Positions 26,560 to 40,151 of a stretch of DNA of 64,000 nt are shown here, piece after piece (within the stretch, counting starts at the first letter, position 1; each line of letters starts with the position of its first letter). The translations under genes were made by a program, and so were the position numbers. This DNA comes from Negaprion brevirostris (lineage: Eukaryota): NCBI GenBank assembly GCA_030324005.1, contig JARDVH010000163.1, forward strand, positions 44,451,353 through 44,515,352, read 5' to 3'. A model generated the notes under the pieces. It did not search any database, was not told where the DNA came from, and saw nothing but the letters and a program-made list of their open reading frames with translations.

Positions 26560-27458
26560 AGTGTGATTTTAACACCTTGCTGCGCCCGACGAACAGTGCG
26601 GTGAGCCAGAAAACTAGTGTGCCATGCTAAAAATCCAATTAGTGCCCAGAGCCAAGCGGTTTGCTATTTTCCTGGCCCCTCTCCAATGGCACGAACTCTT
26701 TCATGACCAGAAAGGGGGCAAGGCTGATTAGCATATTTAAAATAGCATTTTACTATGCATGGCTTATTCAAAACCCAGTGCAGGGAATCTTCTGGCCTTG
26801 GGCTCAGTGCCATCATGGCAAGAATTGGTACAGCACTCCACAAACACAAACATGGTCAGCTGGTCATGCCGGTGGGGGAGGGGGCAGGGAGGTGGTTGGG
26901 AGCATGTCAGACACTACCCACTTGGCACTGCCCACTGGATACTCTAACGGTGTCCAGCATGCATCCTGGCAGTTGGGCACTGCCAGTATACCAGGAGCAA
27001 TGCCGGGGGGAGTGGGGTGAGGACATGAGGACCATGATGAGGGGTGCTATGCAAGAGAGGTCATGCAGAGGTGGATCATGGAGGGGATCATGATGGGGGG
27101 AGGGAGGCACTTCAGTATTTTCACAAGGCCACCCATTGTGAGAGCACTGATGCCCAAGTGCAGGCGACCTGTGTCAAGGTGTACCCCAATATCTGTGGGA
27201 GGTGGGTGTCTCCCACTTCACTGGGAGATTGGGACACCCTTGCGAAACGATGCCCAAGCTTTTCGTAGCCAGGCTCACCAGCGTGTTTAGGCCTCAGTCC
27301 CCTCAGTACTGGTGCACAACTCACCACCCTCCAAAAAGTGACTTGAGTGTGGAACGATTGCGGTTCGGCATGCACCTGAGAGACCGGCGCAGTTCACTCC
27401 ATTTTTCTCGCCATTATTAAACTTTATTTTTTGTGGGGGTGGGGAGAAGAATTCTGCC
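26560..27458. mobile_element. GC-rich non-autonomous DNA element (Harbinger-like MITE family)
   Basis: GC-rich block bounded by GTGTGATTTT... and ...AGAATTCTGCC; internal GGCACTGCC repeats. Confidence 0.5.
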
Positions 27459-28086
27459 AGAAATTTACACAAAGGCATGACAGAGAATAGTTATAGCAGG
27501 TAGATTTTGGCTGAAATGCGAATGTGAGTGATGAAAGGGTTGCTGGATCAATTTTAACTGCACACCCTCTCCAGTAGGAACGACACGTGGGAGGAATTAA
27601 AATCCTCTGACTGAATTTACTGAGCTTGCTTCGTTTCCTCTTGACAACATTTATCTCCCTGAACTTTCAAGTCAGCCGTGCCGCCTGCTACAAGCAGGCA
27701 GGAGCCTCATGAGTACTTTTTAAATCTGGATTCTATGATGTATTTGGGACTCCGATGACATTTAAAAACAAAAGACAGAGTCTCACTTCATCAGCGAGTT
27801 AGGAAAACCTGCCACAGTTGGCTGCAGAGTGCATTGGCTGCAGGATTGCAAGAGGCCACATGCTGCAAGCACTCGAATCAGCTGTAACAGATTGTAATTG
27901 AGTATTTCAGCTTTGGAGTGTTCGGGCAGTTGATTAATTGTTTATTCTGAGCACTTAGGACTGAAGAGGTTTCTGAAGACTAACCTTCAAGAAGCTGGAA
28001 CTGATAAAGATTGGGGCTGCTCTACGTGCACTGTACTGGGTGCAGGAGGAGAAAAGGCAGCAGCATCAACAATGCCCACAACATGT

Positions 28087-28389
28087 GGCGTGGTGGCACA
28101 GTGGTTAGCACTGCTGCCTCACAGTGCCAGGGACCCGGGTTCAATTCCAACCTCGGGTGAACGCCTGTGCAGAACCTGCATATTCTCTCCTTGGTTTCCT
28201 CCGGGTGCACTGGTTTCCTCTCACAATCCAAAGACGTGCAGGTTAATTGGATTGGCCATACTAAATTGCCACTTAGTGTCAGGGGAATAGCAGGGTAAAT
28301 GCATGGGGTTACAGGGATAAGGCCTGGGTGAGATTGTGCAGGCTCGATGGGCCGAGTGACCACCTTCTGCACTGCAGAGATTCTATGAT
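28087..28389 (+). mobile_element. HE1-type V-SINE with CR1 (HER1-like) tail
   Basis: GGTGGCACAGTGGTTAGCACTGCTGCCTCACAG head; tail GATGGGCCGAGTGACCACCTTCTGCACTGCAGAGATTCTATGAT. Confidence 0.9.
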
Positions 28390-29554
28390 CCTGTGCAAAT
28401 GCAGCAGCCATGAGCACATTTTGCAGAAGGGCTCACCCACCCAACAGGGCAGACAGGTCAAAAGTCACTTTTTTCAACCTGTGTGAAGAGCAGTGTCAAA
28501 GGAGGCTGTACTTGTCCATGGTATTTAAACTCTGCAGTCTCTTACAGCAAAACCTGCTGCTTGGTCAACCAAGAGACCAATACCAATAAAATTTACCATT
28601 ACCCTCAATTCTTGTGTCTAAGCACAAGGCTATTGGCCATTAAGCTATTGTGCCTAATAGCCCTTCTTTGAGACAATTTTTGCTTCTTTTACAAAGATGT
28701 CATGTTAGGTTGGTTAAATGACCCACCAATGCACTATTTTCAAAGATTAGCCGGTACATTTCCTTTCCAATGGATGATAACAGTCACAATGAGGACATAA
28801 AAATTCATAGTAGTGGTACACCTCCCCTAAGTGCCACGTGAAACAACACTGCACTAACGAAAGGTGGACCTTTTGCATTTTCAGACATTGTGCCCAAATA
28901 CTTTGGCACTTTTTCTCTTGCAAAGAAAAGCAAAGAATTATGTGTGGCTATGTAATAAAAAAGTAGAGATGAATGAATGACTTGTGCATGTAATAGAGAA
29001 GTTAAGAAGAGAATGACACAAGATATTAAGAAAATGGGGTTACATTGAATGGGGAGTGAGTGCCTTGAATGAAAATTAAGGAGGCAGTGTCAAAAGAAAG
29101 TGCAGTTGAGAGTTAATGAACAGTGGGAATAGCAACTAAAGCAGGGACTGTACATTAGAAGAGCTGGTAGACCAGCAAGGAGGGAAAGTCGACAATTAGA
29201 GGCGATCTGAACAGTGTAGGAGTGAGGTGAGGGTGAGCAGAGGAAATGCAAGAGATTGCAAAAGGAGGAGTGTACTGACCATTCCTGATCCACAGATTTT
29301 AAGAAAAAAAATTTTACTCTATTCTTAAAGTTACAAAGCCAATGCTCAGAATGGACCTGACAGACCTGAATCTGCTCCAAAATCCAAACGCAAATTCATA
29401 GGATCCAATTCATAGTCCCCACAAGAGACAAATAAAATCCAAACTGACCCCATCTTGAGCTTGATCCGACACTTGATCTTAACCAAAAGGCCAATTCCTT
29501 ATCTAGTAATGCTAATGAATTCAGGTTTTCAGCAGAGTGCTGACTCTTCTTCTG

Positions 29555-29880
29555 CTATCTTACCTTTATGCCGCTATTAGCACCTTCTTTAGTCTTTATC
29601 ACTACCGTTAACACTTCCTCTGTCTTGTGTCCATGGCATCCTTGCCAAATCTCTCCTAAACTTCCATCTATCCCTGTCCTTATATTCCACCCCATCTTCA
29701 AAGTATAAGATTCATCATATTTCTACCCCCCTTCAACTCTGAAGAAGAGTCTGAAAAAGAGTCAAAGGGGCTCAAAACATTAACTGTTTTTATCTCTCAA
29801 CAGGTGCTGCCAGAACTGCAGAGTTTTTGCAGCATTTTCAGTTTTTATTTCAGATTTCCAGCATCCAGAATATTTTGTTT
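29555..29880 (+). mobile_element. Penelope 3' terminal relic
   Basis: CTGAAGAAGAGTC...GGCTCAAAACATTAACTG...TTTCAGATTTCCAGCATC. Confidence 0.65.
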
Positions 29881-30150
29881 TTAACCCAGGCAATCTATCC
29901 AGATCCTTGGCATGATCTCTTGCAACTTCCTCTGCCATCAACAAACAGACAATCCTAGTGATGCTGTTTGGACATTCTCTTGCCACTTGGTGGAAAAGGA
30001 AATCCCCACCTTGTCCTTGGTACTGTAAATAGCACTGCAGGGAGACATCAGAAAACCTGGGAACAAACCTTCGCCACTCTGTAACTATCCTCAAGAAGCA
30101 ACTCAGTAACAAGACTCATGTTGAACGAATGCAACTTCCTGTTAAGAAAT

Positions 30151-31317
30151 GGGGCAGCAAAATGGCACAGTGGTTAGCACTGCTGCCTCACAACGCCAGG
30201 GATTCAGGTTCGATTCCCAGGTTGGGTGACTGTTTACGTGGACTTTGCACACTCTCCCCATGTCTGTGTGGGTTTCCTCCGTGTCAATAGTAGTCATGAT
30301 GTGGATATGCTGGCGTTGGACTGGGGTAAACACAGTAAAAAGTCTGATAACACCAGGTTNNNNNNNNNNNNNNNNNNNNNNNNNNNNNNNNNNNNNNNNN
30401 NNNNNNNNNNNNNNNNNNNNNNNNNNNNNNNNNNNNNNNNNNNNNNNNNNNNNNNNNNNAAGGCAATCTCAGAAAGATGAGAGGGGATCGGACCGAGATA
30501 TACCAAATTTAAAAGGGATTGATAAAGTAAAGTGCAGACCAAATGCTTCCTCTTGTGGAGCAATTTAGAATAAGAAGTCACAGATATAGGCCGTGAAGCG
30601 ATTGATTTAAAACTGAGATGAGGAGGAATTACTTCACTCAGAAGGTGGTGAATTTTTGGAATTCACTGTCCCATAGCAAGGTGGAGTCTGAATCATTAAA
30701 TGGTTTCAAGAAAGAGATAGATATATTTCTGATAAAAAAAAGGGATAAAGGGATATGGGGAACAGATAGGGAGGTAGACTTGAGACTAGCCAATGATCCA
30801 ATTGAATGGTACAGCAGGCTGAAAGGACTAAATTGCCTACTTCTGCTCCTAATTCCTAAGTTCCCATGTTCCTGTGTAACCTCATATGTGTCATAGCCCT
30901 TGCCTTAGCAGCTGCCAATGCAAATTTAGACAAGTATTTTTAAAAACATGTTCCTACGGAGCCAGGAGGAGTGGAATACTCTGCCGACTTCACTGTTTCT
31001 TTAATTTGGTAAGAAGTCTGATAACACCAGGTTTCAGTCCAACTGATTTATTTGATAGTAAACTCACACTTTACTAGCAAATAAATCGGTTGGACTCAAA
31101 CCTGGTGTTGTCAGACTTTTTACTTGGTTTCCTCCCACAGCCCAACAATGTGCAAGTTAGGTGGACTGGCCATGCTAAATTGCCCGTTAGTGTCGGGGGA
31201 ACTAACCAGGGTAAATGCATGGGATTATGGGGATAGGGCTCGGGTGGAATAGTGGTTGGTGCATTTGATGGGCCGAATGGCCTCCTTCTGCACTGTGGGA
31301 TTCTATATGGGATTCTA
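30151..31317 (+). mobile_element. HE1-type SINE split by Penelope terminal repeats and a CR1 3' end (~30460-30872)
   Basis: SINE 5' half ends GGTTTCCTCC at ~30280 and resumes GGTTTCCTCCCACAG at ~31126; Penelope ends at ~30295-30359 and 31009-31123. Confidence 0.75.
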
Positions 31318-34300
31318 AGTGGATTCACCCTTCAGAGAGTCGCCTGTACTTCCCAATGGAATAATACATAGGCTCACAGCTGCTACTGCCCAACCTGGCC
31401 TCCAATGAACAGCAAATGAGGGCCTAGTTACTTTAACAGCCTAGCCTCACGTGCTTTTAGAATTCCAGCTCCCTGTTTGAGCACTCCCTCTCCACACCCC
31501 TCAACCCAAGCAAAATCCTGCACCAAGTTAAAATTGGCTCCAATGTATCCACATACAGACAGTCTCCAAATTGCATTCATCTTCTATGTCAGCACTTTGG
31601 CCACAATTTGCAAAGGAAGTTCCTTTCCTTTGTGGAATCGGAAAAGAAATGTATTATTTTGCATAATGCGGTGTAAGATATTTGCAAATGAGGACACTGA
31701 TATATGCAAGAGCACATTGGCTGGCCTGTTGACAATGTTCATTCATCAGAATAGATGAATGGGGGGTGGGGGTCAATATGACGATGAGGAAGATCATATT
31801 GATCTTTCAGCATTGATTGACAGTCAAACACAAGTGGTCTGCATGTGAATCCCAAGTACTAAGTTCAGAAGGATTTTTGTCAACTGCAGCATTTTAAAAT
31901 TACAGTCAGTCACTGCATTCATTCGATTAGGAAATATAACATACATCCTGGATTCTAAATCATGAATCCATTATTTACTAAAAATAGCTTCAATAAGCAA
32001 GATGTTTTTCTCCAAAATTACATTATTATACTCAAAGTCTGTTTTGTTCAGTTAGCTTACTAAATATTTAATAAGCGCAAATAAGTAGCTTTGATTTACA
32101 CATTAAAATTATTATTGTGTGGTTATTCCTACTCTGTGCAACATTTTAGAGATTTTCAATTGTTTATCAAATATCTCTAAATGTACCAAACAGTTGGTTT
32201 CAAAGAACCAGAAATGTAGCTGCCATACTGTAATGGTATAACAAGAACAAGTGATACTGCCTTTAAAGAAACAACACCTTGATTTAAAAAAAGTATTTGG
32301 CAGGTTCCCTACGTATCAAGTAAATCTCTCCAGCGAGTACTTGAGTCACAGACTAGAAATGTGCCAGGTTCCAGGCAGACCACGAATGCTGCAAATTATT
32401 TTCATCACTGTATCGAACACAAGTTACAAAGTGATTTCACAACAGCTGAAAACATGACTTTGTCAATACAGGCAAAAAGATTTGCTCAACATCTTCCCAT
32501 AAAGGCAGTTCCCCTTTAAGACTGTTTGAATGTTAGGCTGAAGGCTGCCATTACTGCCTTTGTGTGTAAGTACCACTTCCAAAGCCTGTTGATTACTTAT
32601 TCCCTAATTTGGCCATAATTGTACTACACAGCGCACCATTCTATCACTCCTCAGAAATAATCCTGCCCAACATTTCTGACTTGCCCCATTTCATATTTGA
32701 TGATTTTAAGTTGTTTCCTAATGTGTCAGAACAAGTGATATATATGTACCCCGCCAAAACTGGTCTATTTTTCTTCGTGTTATAAAGCCTAACTCTCTCA
32801 ACAAAAGGCAATTACTGCTTCATCACTAAAATTTGAATACATTTTCTCTGGATTAATAAAACCCACACACGAAGCATCATAATTAAGAGACTGCATTTAA
32901 ATTGAGGATTATTGCAATGGGCCAATAATTAAAGAGGTTTTAATGGGGAGTTTCTGAACTGACTCAACATCCTGTAATCAAGCAAGTGGAATCTGTTCTG
33001 TAAACTATATCAAAACGTATTGGGAACCCTTGTGTTACAACAGTCGTGAGATTTGGCAAAGCAGTATTTGAATTAGCTAAAGTTGTGAGATTTTGCCAGG
33101 CAGCATCTGAATTATTTTCTTTGCTTCTGTTGAACCAAATGTTTTGATCAGTTTTCAGTAACATTTCATCATTGGTACAATGATATCACTGGACTCTCTT
33201 CTACTTGCTGTCTTATTGGGAAGTCTGTCAGACATCATTGCCCCTTTCAGATGAACTTGCAGGTGGCACAGACAATACCCGTCTGTCACTTTGAGGCCTC
33301 AGATACGTCCCTTCCAATCTTTCAATGCTTTCAAGTATTAACACATTCTGTTGAAAGTGACAACTGGAAGAGGAAATGTAATTCTGTCCCATGAGGTCTC
33401 AGGCCCCAGCAGATGACCAGCGTCGGTGACTGCAATAACAATAAGAACCCACCACTGCTGATTGCCAGGCCTTTGTCACACCATGAGATCTTAATCAATC
33501 TAATGCTGACCCCCAATGACAGGAGGAAGATGGATGAGGAAGTAAGTGACCCTTGACCCCTGCTCCATAATTGTCCCGTCAGGATTCTCTCATGCAAAAA
33601 CAATAGGGGCAGTTCCTATTCAAAAGCCTCAAACACAGTCAGTGTTACTTGAATTAAATGGGGGTGAGGTGCTGGGGGAGAACCCTAGTCCCCTACTGTG
33701 ACACCTTGTCAGTTCTGTCACAGCAAAGGTGGATTTTTACATTTACAAAAAAAAATCTATTTACTTTCTAAAACAAAATGAACTTCAGATTGAAGATAAA
33801 AGATAAGAAAATGACCCTTAACCTTGCAGGAATGTGCACCATCATTTCACTGCACTTAACCTAGCTGTCTTGTCTTGGCCAAACAACTGCAGCTCCAGTG
33901 CAATAAAAGTGGTTACAATTTGAACAAAGTCATTAAATATTGAATTATACCCAAAGTCTAATTTCTTCCAATAACTTCCTTACTTTCCTTTTATTTAATT
34001 TAGTAAGAAGTGGAAAAACAGGCCTAAAAACATGGAAGAATTTATCACTAGATTGCCAAACACATAATTCTGATTCATTCTTTTTGAACAATTTTGTGGT
34101 TACAAAAAAGGATCAGATGATCAATTCTGTATGTGCTCTGTCTGCACCAAGTACTAAGAGTGTTCTGGAATTTGTCACTCAAAGAGGCCTTTGGTTATGT
34201 TAAAGAAATTGTTTTGGTGAGTGGGGGGTGGGGTCCTACCTTCTGTACTGTTCATCAGTCTAAATTATCAAAAGGTTCTTTTTGAACATTGCAACATAAT

Positions 34301-35902
34301 NNNNNNNNNNNNNNNNNNNNNNNNNNNNNNNNNNNNNNNNNNNNNNNNNNNNNNNNNNNNNNNNNNNNNNNNNNNNNNNNNNNNNNNNNNNNNNNNNNNN
34401 TAAATACAGTATCCAATTTATTCCATCCTCAAAATGCAAAAGCTAATAAAAGAGTTCAAAACAACTTTGTTATTTGGTCATTAATCAGGACAACCCAATG
34501 GTGACTCATTTTGTTATATATCTTGAGTTCCTGAGTATCCTCTGACTGCCCAAACCAAACCAATCACATAAAGACGATAAATACATGAAAGGTAATGTGC
34601 ATTTCTTTTACCACACTGAAAATGTGGAGAAACTAATATTGAAAAAGTGAACACAGGATCATTTAAAAGCAAAAAGTATATAACCAAAGCACTTCTAGAC
34701 CAGACTGTTAAATGAATTCAACAGTGTTGTAATTTCATGCTTTTCCAGCTTCTTCTTAAATTGTAATTTTACTTTATGGACAAATGAGTCATGCTCTGCA
34801 GAAGCATTATTATTATGTTATTTTTTAATTTGTTAGCAGCTCGCAATCCAAAAATTCACCAATGATTTCTAAAATTAAATTATTCCCAGTAAAAACTGTT
34901 TCATGTCATTCTTATTGATTTTTGAATCACATCCTGCATTTGAATCACATCCTGTTTTTTTTTATTTAGCAGAAATCAAATTACTTTTGGCTGAATTGAG
35001 TGTAAAATGTTCCTTAATTTAAAGCCTCTATTAAAGCTGAATCAATACCATGCCTACTTTGTTGCTTCCAATGGAAAGTCACTTTGGTTTTACACTTTCC
35101 CTTAGATGCATTAACTACAAGGGAAATTCAACAGCAAAGGTACAGCAATAGTTCATCAATTCAATAAAAAATTATTAATACTTTAAATTTGGATGATTTT
35201 GAGAGACATGATGCAGTGTTCCACCTTGACTGTAGTATAACAGTGAGGGCATTGTGGCAGTTTGAAAATAAATCATTTGTAAAGTGCTGCTGTTCTATCT
35301 TATTTTAGAAATTACATCAGCTTAAATTGTCAGCTTTACAAAAATATAGAGGTACTAAAACTTCATTGTGAGCTATAACCTTTTGAATGGTGCAGCGTTG
35401 GAGCAGCCAGTATGGCATCACCATGACCAATTATTTACAAACAATACAGGGTTACATTCAGGAATGGGATTATCAGTACTGTCATTATCAAATGACATTA
35501 TCATTTGGCATTGAAATAGGTACTCTATCTATTCTAAATATGTTAGGGGTGTGCTATGTTAAATTATTCCTATGATAATGGATGCTTGTTTAACTTTGAT
35601 TCCTTTATGAAATTATTCAACATGATTTGTAAGTCCCTACTTTTGATGGGAAGGATGAAATTCTCAAAACTATTTTTAAACAAGACATTTTCTTACTGTA
35701 ATGCAGCCTGTCTGTTACACTATGGAGTCAAAGAAACACCACCTGGAACTGACAGAATTGTTAATCACATTGTTCCGTCTCATAATGTCCCACTGGACCT
35801 GCTAATTATCCCTGTTTACACCATATTGTCCCATCACTAATTAAATTACGTATGTATAAAGTCTAAATGGAATTAGTCCAAACACACAGTATTATATCCT
35901 AC

Positions 35903-36585
<683 letters not shown>

Positions 36586-36639
36586 TTATTGTGAAATGCC
36601 AATTAGCTTTGATGATTAATATAAAACGTATGCTTTTGA

Positions 36640-36968
36640 AAGAATATAGAATCCCTAATTGCAGAAAGAGACCATTGGGCCCATTGAGTTTGCATAGACT
36701 CTCCAAATAAAAGTGCCCTCCCTCCACTTTATCTCCATAACCCCATGCATTTACCATGACTAATCCACCTACCTATACATCTTTGAAAACTAAGGGGCAA
36801 GTTAGCACGGCCGCTTGACCTAACCTGCACATCTTTGGACTGTGGGAGGAAACCCACGCAGACACAGAGAGAATGTGCAAATTCCAAACAGACACAGTGA
36901 CCCAAAGCCGGAATCAAACCCGGGTCACTCGCGCTGTGAGACAACAGTGCTAACCACTGTGCCACCAT
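36640..36968 (-). mobile_element. HE1-type V-SINE with CR1 tail, in EPHA4 intron 2
   Basis: Reverse-complemented head (GTGCTAACCACTGTGCCACC at ~36947-36967) and tail (ATAGAATCCCT...GGGCCCAT). Confidence 0.88.
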
Positions 36969-39900
36969 GCTGTATTTGCCACAAGAAAGTGCACTTATCT
37001 GCATCCCCCAAGAATTGTCTAATTTTACTTTGTGTATATGCAGTAACAAAAGTTGGAGCATTTTAACAGCTGCATGTATTTGTATTGCCCCTTTAATAAA
37101 GTAACCACTCCAAGATGCTTCCTGAAGGACAGGCAGATGCCAAANNNNNNNNNNNNNNNNNNNNNNNNNNNNNNNNNNNNNNNNNNNNNNNNNNNNNNNN
37201 NNNNNNNNNNNNNNNNNNNNNNNNNNNNNNNNNNNNNNNNNNNNCTGACATATTAGTGAGATGACTGATGATCAGAGATAAGTTGCAGAAGGTTCTAGGT
37301 GGGGTGTGATATAATAAGAGATAAGAGAGATAGTTCCCAAGGGGCAAAAAAAAGGGGAGAATGTGCAAAAAACCAGACTTGGAACAGCAGAGAACGTGAG
37401 CAGAGACAGCATTGGAGGAGGCTGCAGAGAGAAGATGGGGTAAGGCTGGAATAGACTTGTAAAGGCAAACAAAGGAGTTTGGGGAAGTATGGGCCAACAG
37501 CAAAAAGAGAGGCAAGGAAGATAGCATGGAAACAGATGAGAACTGTATAAATTGGAATTTGTATAGAATGGATTCAATGTACCTTTTGGATAACGTGCTG
37601 AACAATGACGTTTCCATTTGTTAAAATCTTAAATTAGATGTCAATGTGTAAAGTTGAATATTTTTATATTAAAAAACCTTGTTCGATATGTATTTTTAAA
37701 ATGGTACCTGTTAACTCAATACTACACCCGTTTGTATTCAAAATCAGTCTTCACATATGGGAAAGTTCTTTGTGCAGAGTAGAGTGCAGTAGGGAGAGAT
37801 TCAGATGGTTTTTAACCAGAGCCCTTTCATCTCGCATTTGTCAATGTGGCTGGTTCCGTTTAATAAGAAAAAACTGGAGCCGGTGAGCTGCACCTGCTAT
37901 CTGCCGAGCTCGCCACACGAGTCCTCCTGTCAGCCCCGTAATCTCCCACTCATTACCCTGAACTTGCTGGGGAATTAATAAAGATTCAATGACCATCGCG
38001 TCCTTCTGAGCCCCCGGGAGACTGGGTTCCAGGGTTTAATTTATCAGTGCAATGTGTTAAATCTTGTTAGCGACAAAACGATAAACTCTAATTAGAAGCT
38101 GCCTTTAAATGAAACTACACACTGGGGTCGTGTCTGCTCCTGATCCGCCCACCTTCATCAACTGAGTGCGTGTGCAAGTGGACTGACTGGAGTCCCTCGC
38201 CGCCCTTTTTAATTAATTCTAAACTCTTGTCATTTATTTTCAACGGCACAGCTGTAATTTCAAACATTTTTTTGTTTACTGTAAATCCCGCTTTGCAATG
38301 GACACCTTCCCCACGCTCGTTGCGTTGGCTTGTGTGAAGGTGTTATTATTTGGAAATGAGAACCAGGAGAGGCTGCGTACCATATTGTAATGAAACATTG
38401 GCCAAGGGAAATCGAAATAAATGCCTCAAGTGCACTTTGTGCGGCAGAGAAGCAAGGGGGCTGTTTAATTTTTCACAAGGGTTTATAAATAGGACTGAAG
38501 TGCATGTTATGAAAGCAACTAACCTTTCAAGTAGATGGAAAGCGTTTCAACATTAAACACCGTTTTGTAAATTTTAAAAAAGTGTCCTCCCCGCTATGGC
38601 CACCACCCGCTTTTAATTAAATGACCCACCATTCAAACNNNNNNNNNNNNNNNNNNNNNNNNNNNNNNNTGAGAAATCAGTTCATTCAAGACGACCATCA
38701 CTGACAGTCTCGACTCCAGTTTCCCCTTGTCTCTGCAATCAGCGATCTTGTGTGGGTGCTGGGTTCCGGGAGGGGCTCTGACTGTTGCTGAGATGACCCC
38801 CCGCAGTCCCCGCGTCCTAGTGCTCAGAAAATGGGAGAAACTCCCGCCACCACAAGTGTGTTTGCACATCTCCATTCTGCCGGCTGTCAATCAACCTTCA
38901 TTTGCCCAGCTCCAGCCCCAAAAGCAGCAACGTGCAAATACACACGGTGCAAATAGGAAATTCACAGCTCAAGTTCAGCTCGCACTAGCCATTCAAACCG
39001 TAGCCATCTCCTCGCGTTTGCTATTTCGCAGATCTGTATCTATTGAAACCGAATCAGTAACGCAATCCCTATTACAGACAGGAGGTTTAGTGTGTTTAAT
39101 TACTAACTAAAGCATTTTGACTGAGGAGGCTTTGTGACATTAATGATGGGAAGAAATCACCTGCTTGCAGACAGCGGTTTGGGTTTTTGAAATTACATAT
39201 TTAGAGTATTCTGTTGTATGGAAAGACAATGTGTAGTTGTTTTGTTTGGGTGCGAGGTTACTGGAAATGACAGGCCATGTCTTGTGAGCAGTCACAAGCG
39301 GTGGTTGAAGCGAGTCTGGGAAGACGGGCTTGTCACGGGCAGAAAGCTCAGACTTCTGTTTTGACATTTTTCACTTATCTGGAAATGGAGACTGTGTGCA
39401 AACTCGTGCTCATCCCCCCTGCCGCCCCCGAGTTCCCATTCCAGCTCCAACACCAGGTTGACTGAGTCTGCTAAAGAAAGCTGACCTCTCTCTCTGATCT
39501 AACCTCAGCCCGGCTGCATCCTGAGGGATCCACTCGATGCTTGATGCCATTGGAATCCTTTTCCCATTCACCGGCTCCCCCCCACATCTAACGCCTGGTT
39601 ACCTTTGGCCAACTCACCGCAATCCTTGCCAAACCCTTCACTAGGTCAATACTGTCAGACTACTTTGTCCATGTTCTCAAACCATTTCGATGAGCTAGCC
39701 ACTGCAACCTTGTATTTTGGCACCTCTCTGAGTTTTTATAATCCGCACACTAAGTTTCCTTTAGTTGCTTCTCGACAGTTCAAATGGGTTTTATTTTCTC
39801 AATCATGTGATCACTCAGGAAAGTTGGGGGGGGGGTGAAGAAATGATCTTATCCGTTTTCTACTTAAGCAGCTCGGCTTCAGCCCTGGCCGTTCGGGTTT

Positions 39901-40083
39901 CCAGTTCTACATGCTGGAGTTTTCCGAGGGGAGGATATGGTTTCTGCTCACAAAGACTAATTCAGTTCAACGGCAGCATTTGTGGAAACCTGACCTCGCC
40001 CTCCGCGATCTGCTCCAAATGCTCCCATTAGCCCGGGAACCGAATACTTCTCAATATGAGACAGTGCAAGTTGTAATACTCAC

Positions 40084-40151
40084 TCCGCCTTCGGCAGGGA
40101 ATGCCTCCCAGCCCAGCTCGCCTTGAACAGACCGGGAATCCAACAGAATCA
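40084..40151 (-). CDS. EPHA4: EPH receptor A4, coding exon 2
   Basis: cacAG acceptor, 68 nt encoding (V)ILLDSRSVQGELGWEAFPAEGG, GTGAGT donor. Phase is compatible with exons 1 and 3; LLDSRSVQGELGW is EphA4-typical. Confidence 0.96.

Larger units (their letters stand above)
27540..30130. mobile_element. Degenerate PIF/Harbinger transposon (transposase and Myb/SANT remnants) with nested SINE and Penelope pieces
   Basis: Plus strand ~28576-28770 PIPIKFTITLN and ALFSKISRYISFP resemble HARBI1-type transposase; minus-strand ORF 29780-30112 contains PRFSDVSL...MAEEV (Myb/SANT-like). Confidence 0.55.
1..35902 (-). other. EPHA4: EPHA4 intron 3 (continues beyond the window start)
   Basis: Begins at the exon 3 donor. 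No exon-4-like peptide (ACKxGYYKA...CPPHS) was seen in the ORF track or by eye. A long intron 3 is typical of EphA genes. Confidence 0.8.

Noticed and set aside
34921-34955. Short tandem duplication TTTGAATCACATCCTG x2
   Set aside because: Ordinary slippage-type duplication with no functional clue.
37093-37617. 174-aa minus-strand ORF
   Set aside because: Low-complexity complement of a purine-rich tract, includes an N gap, no domain features.
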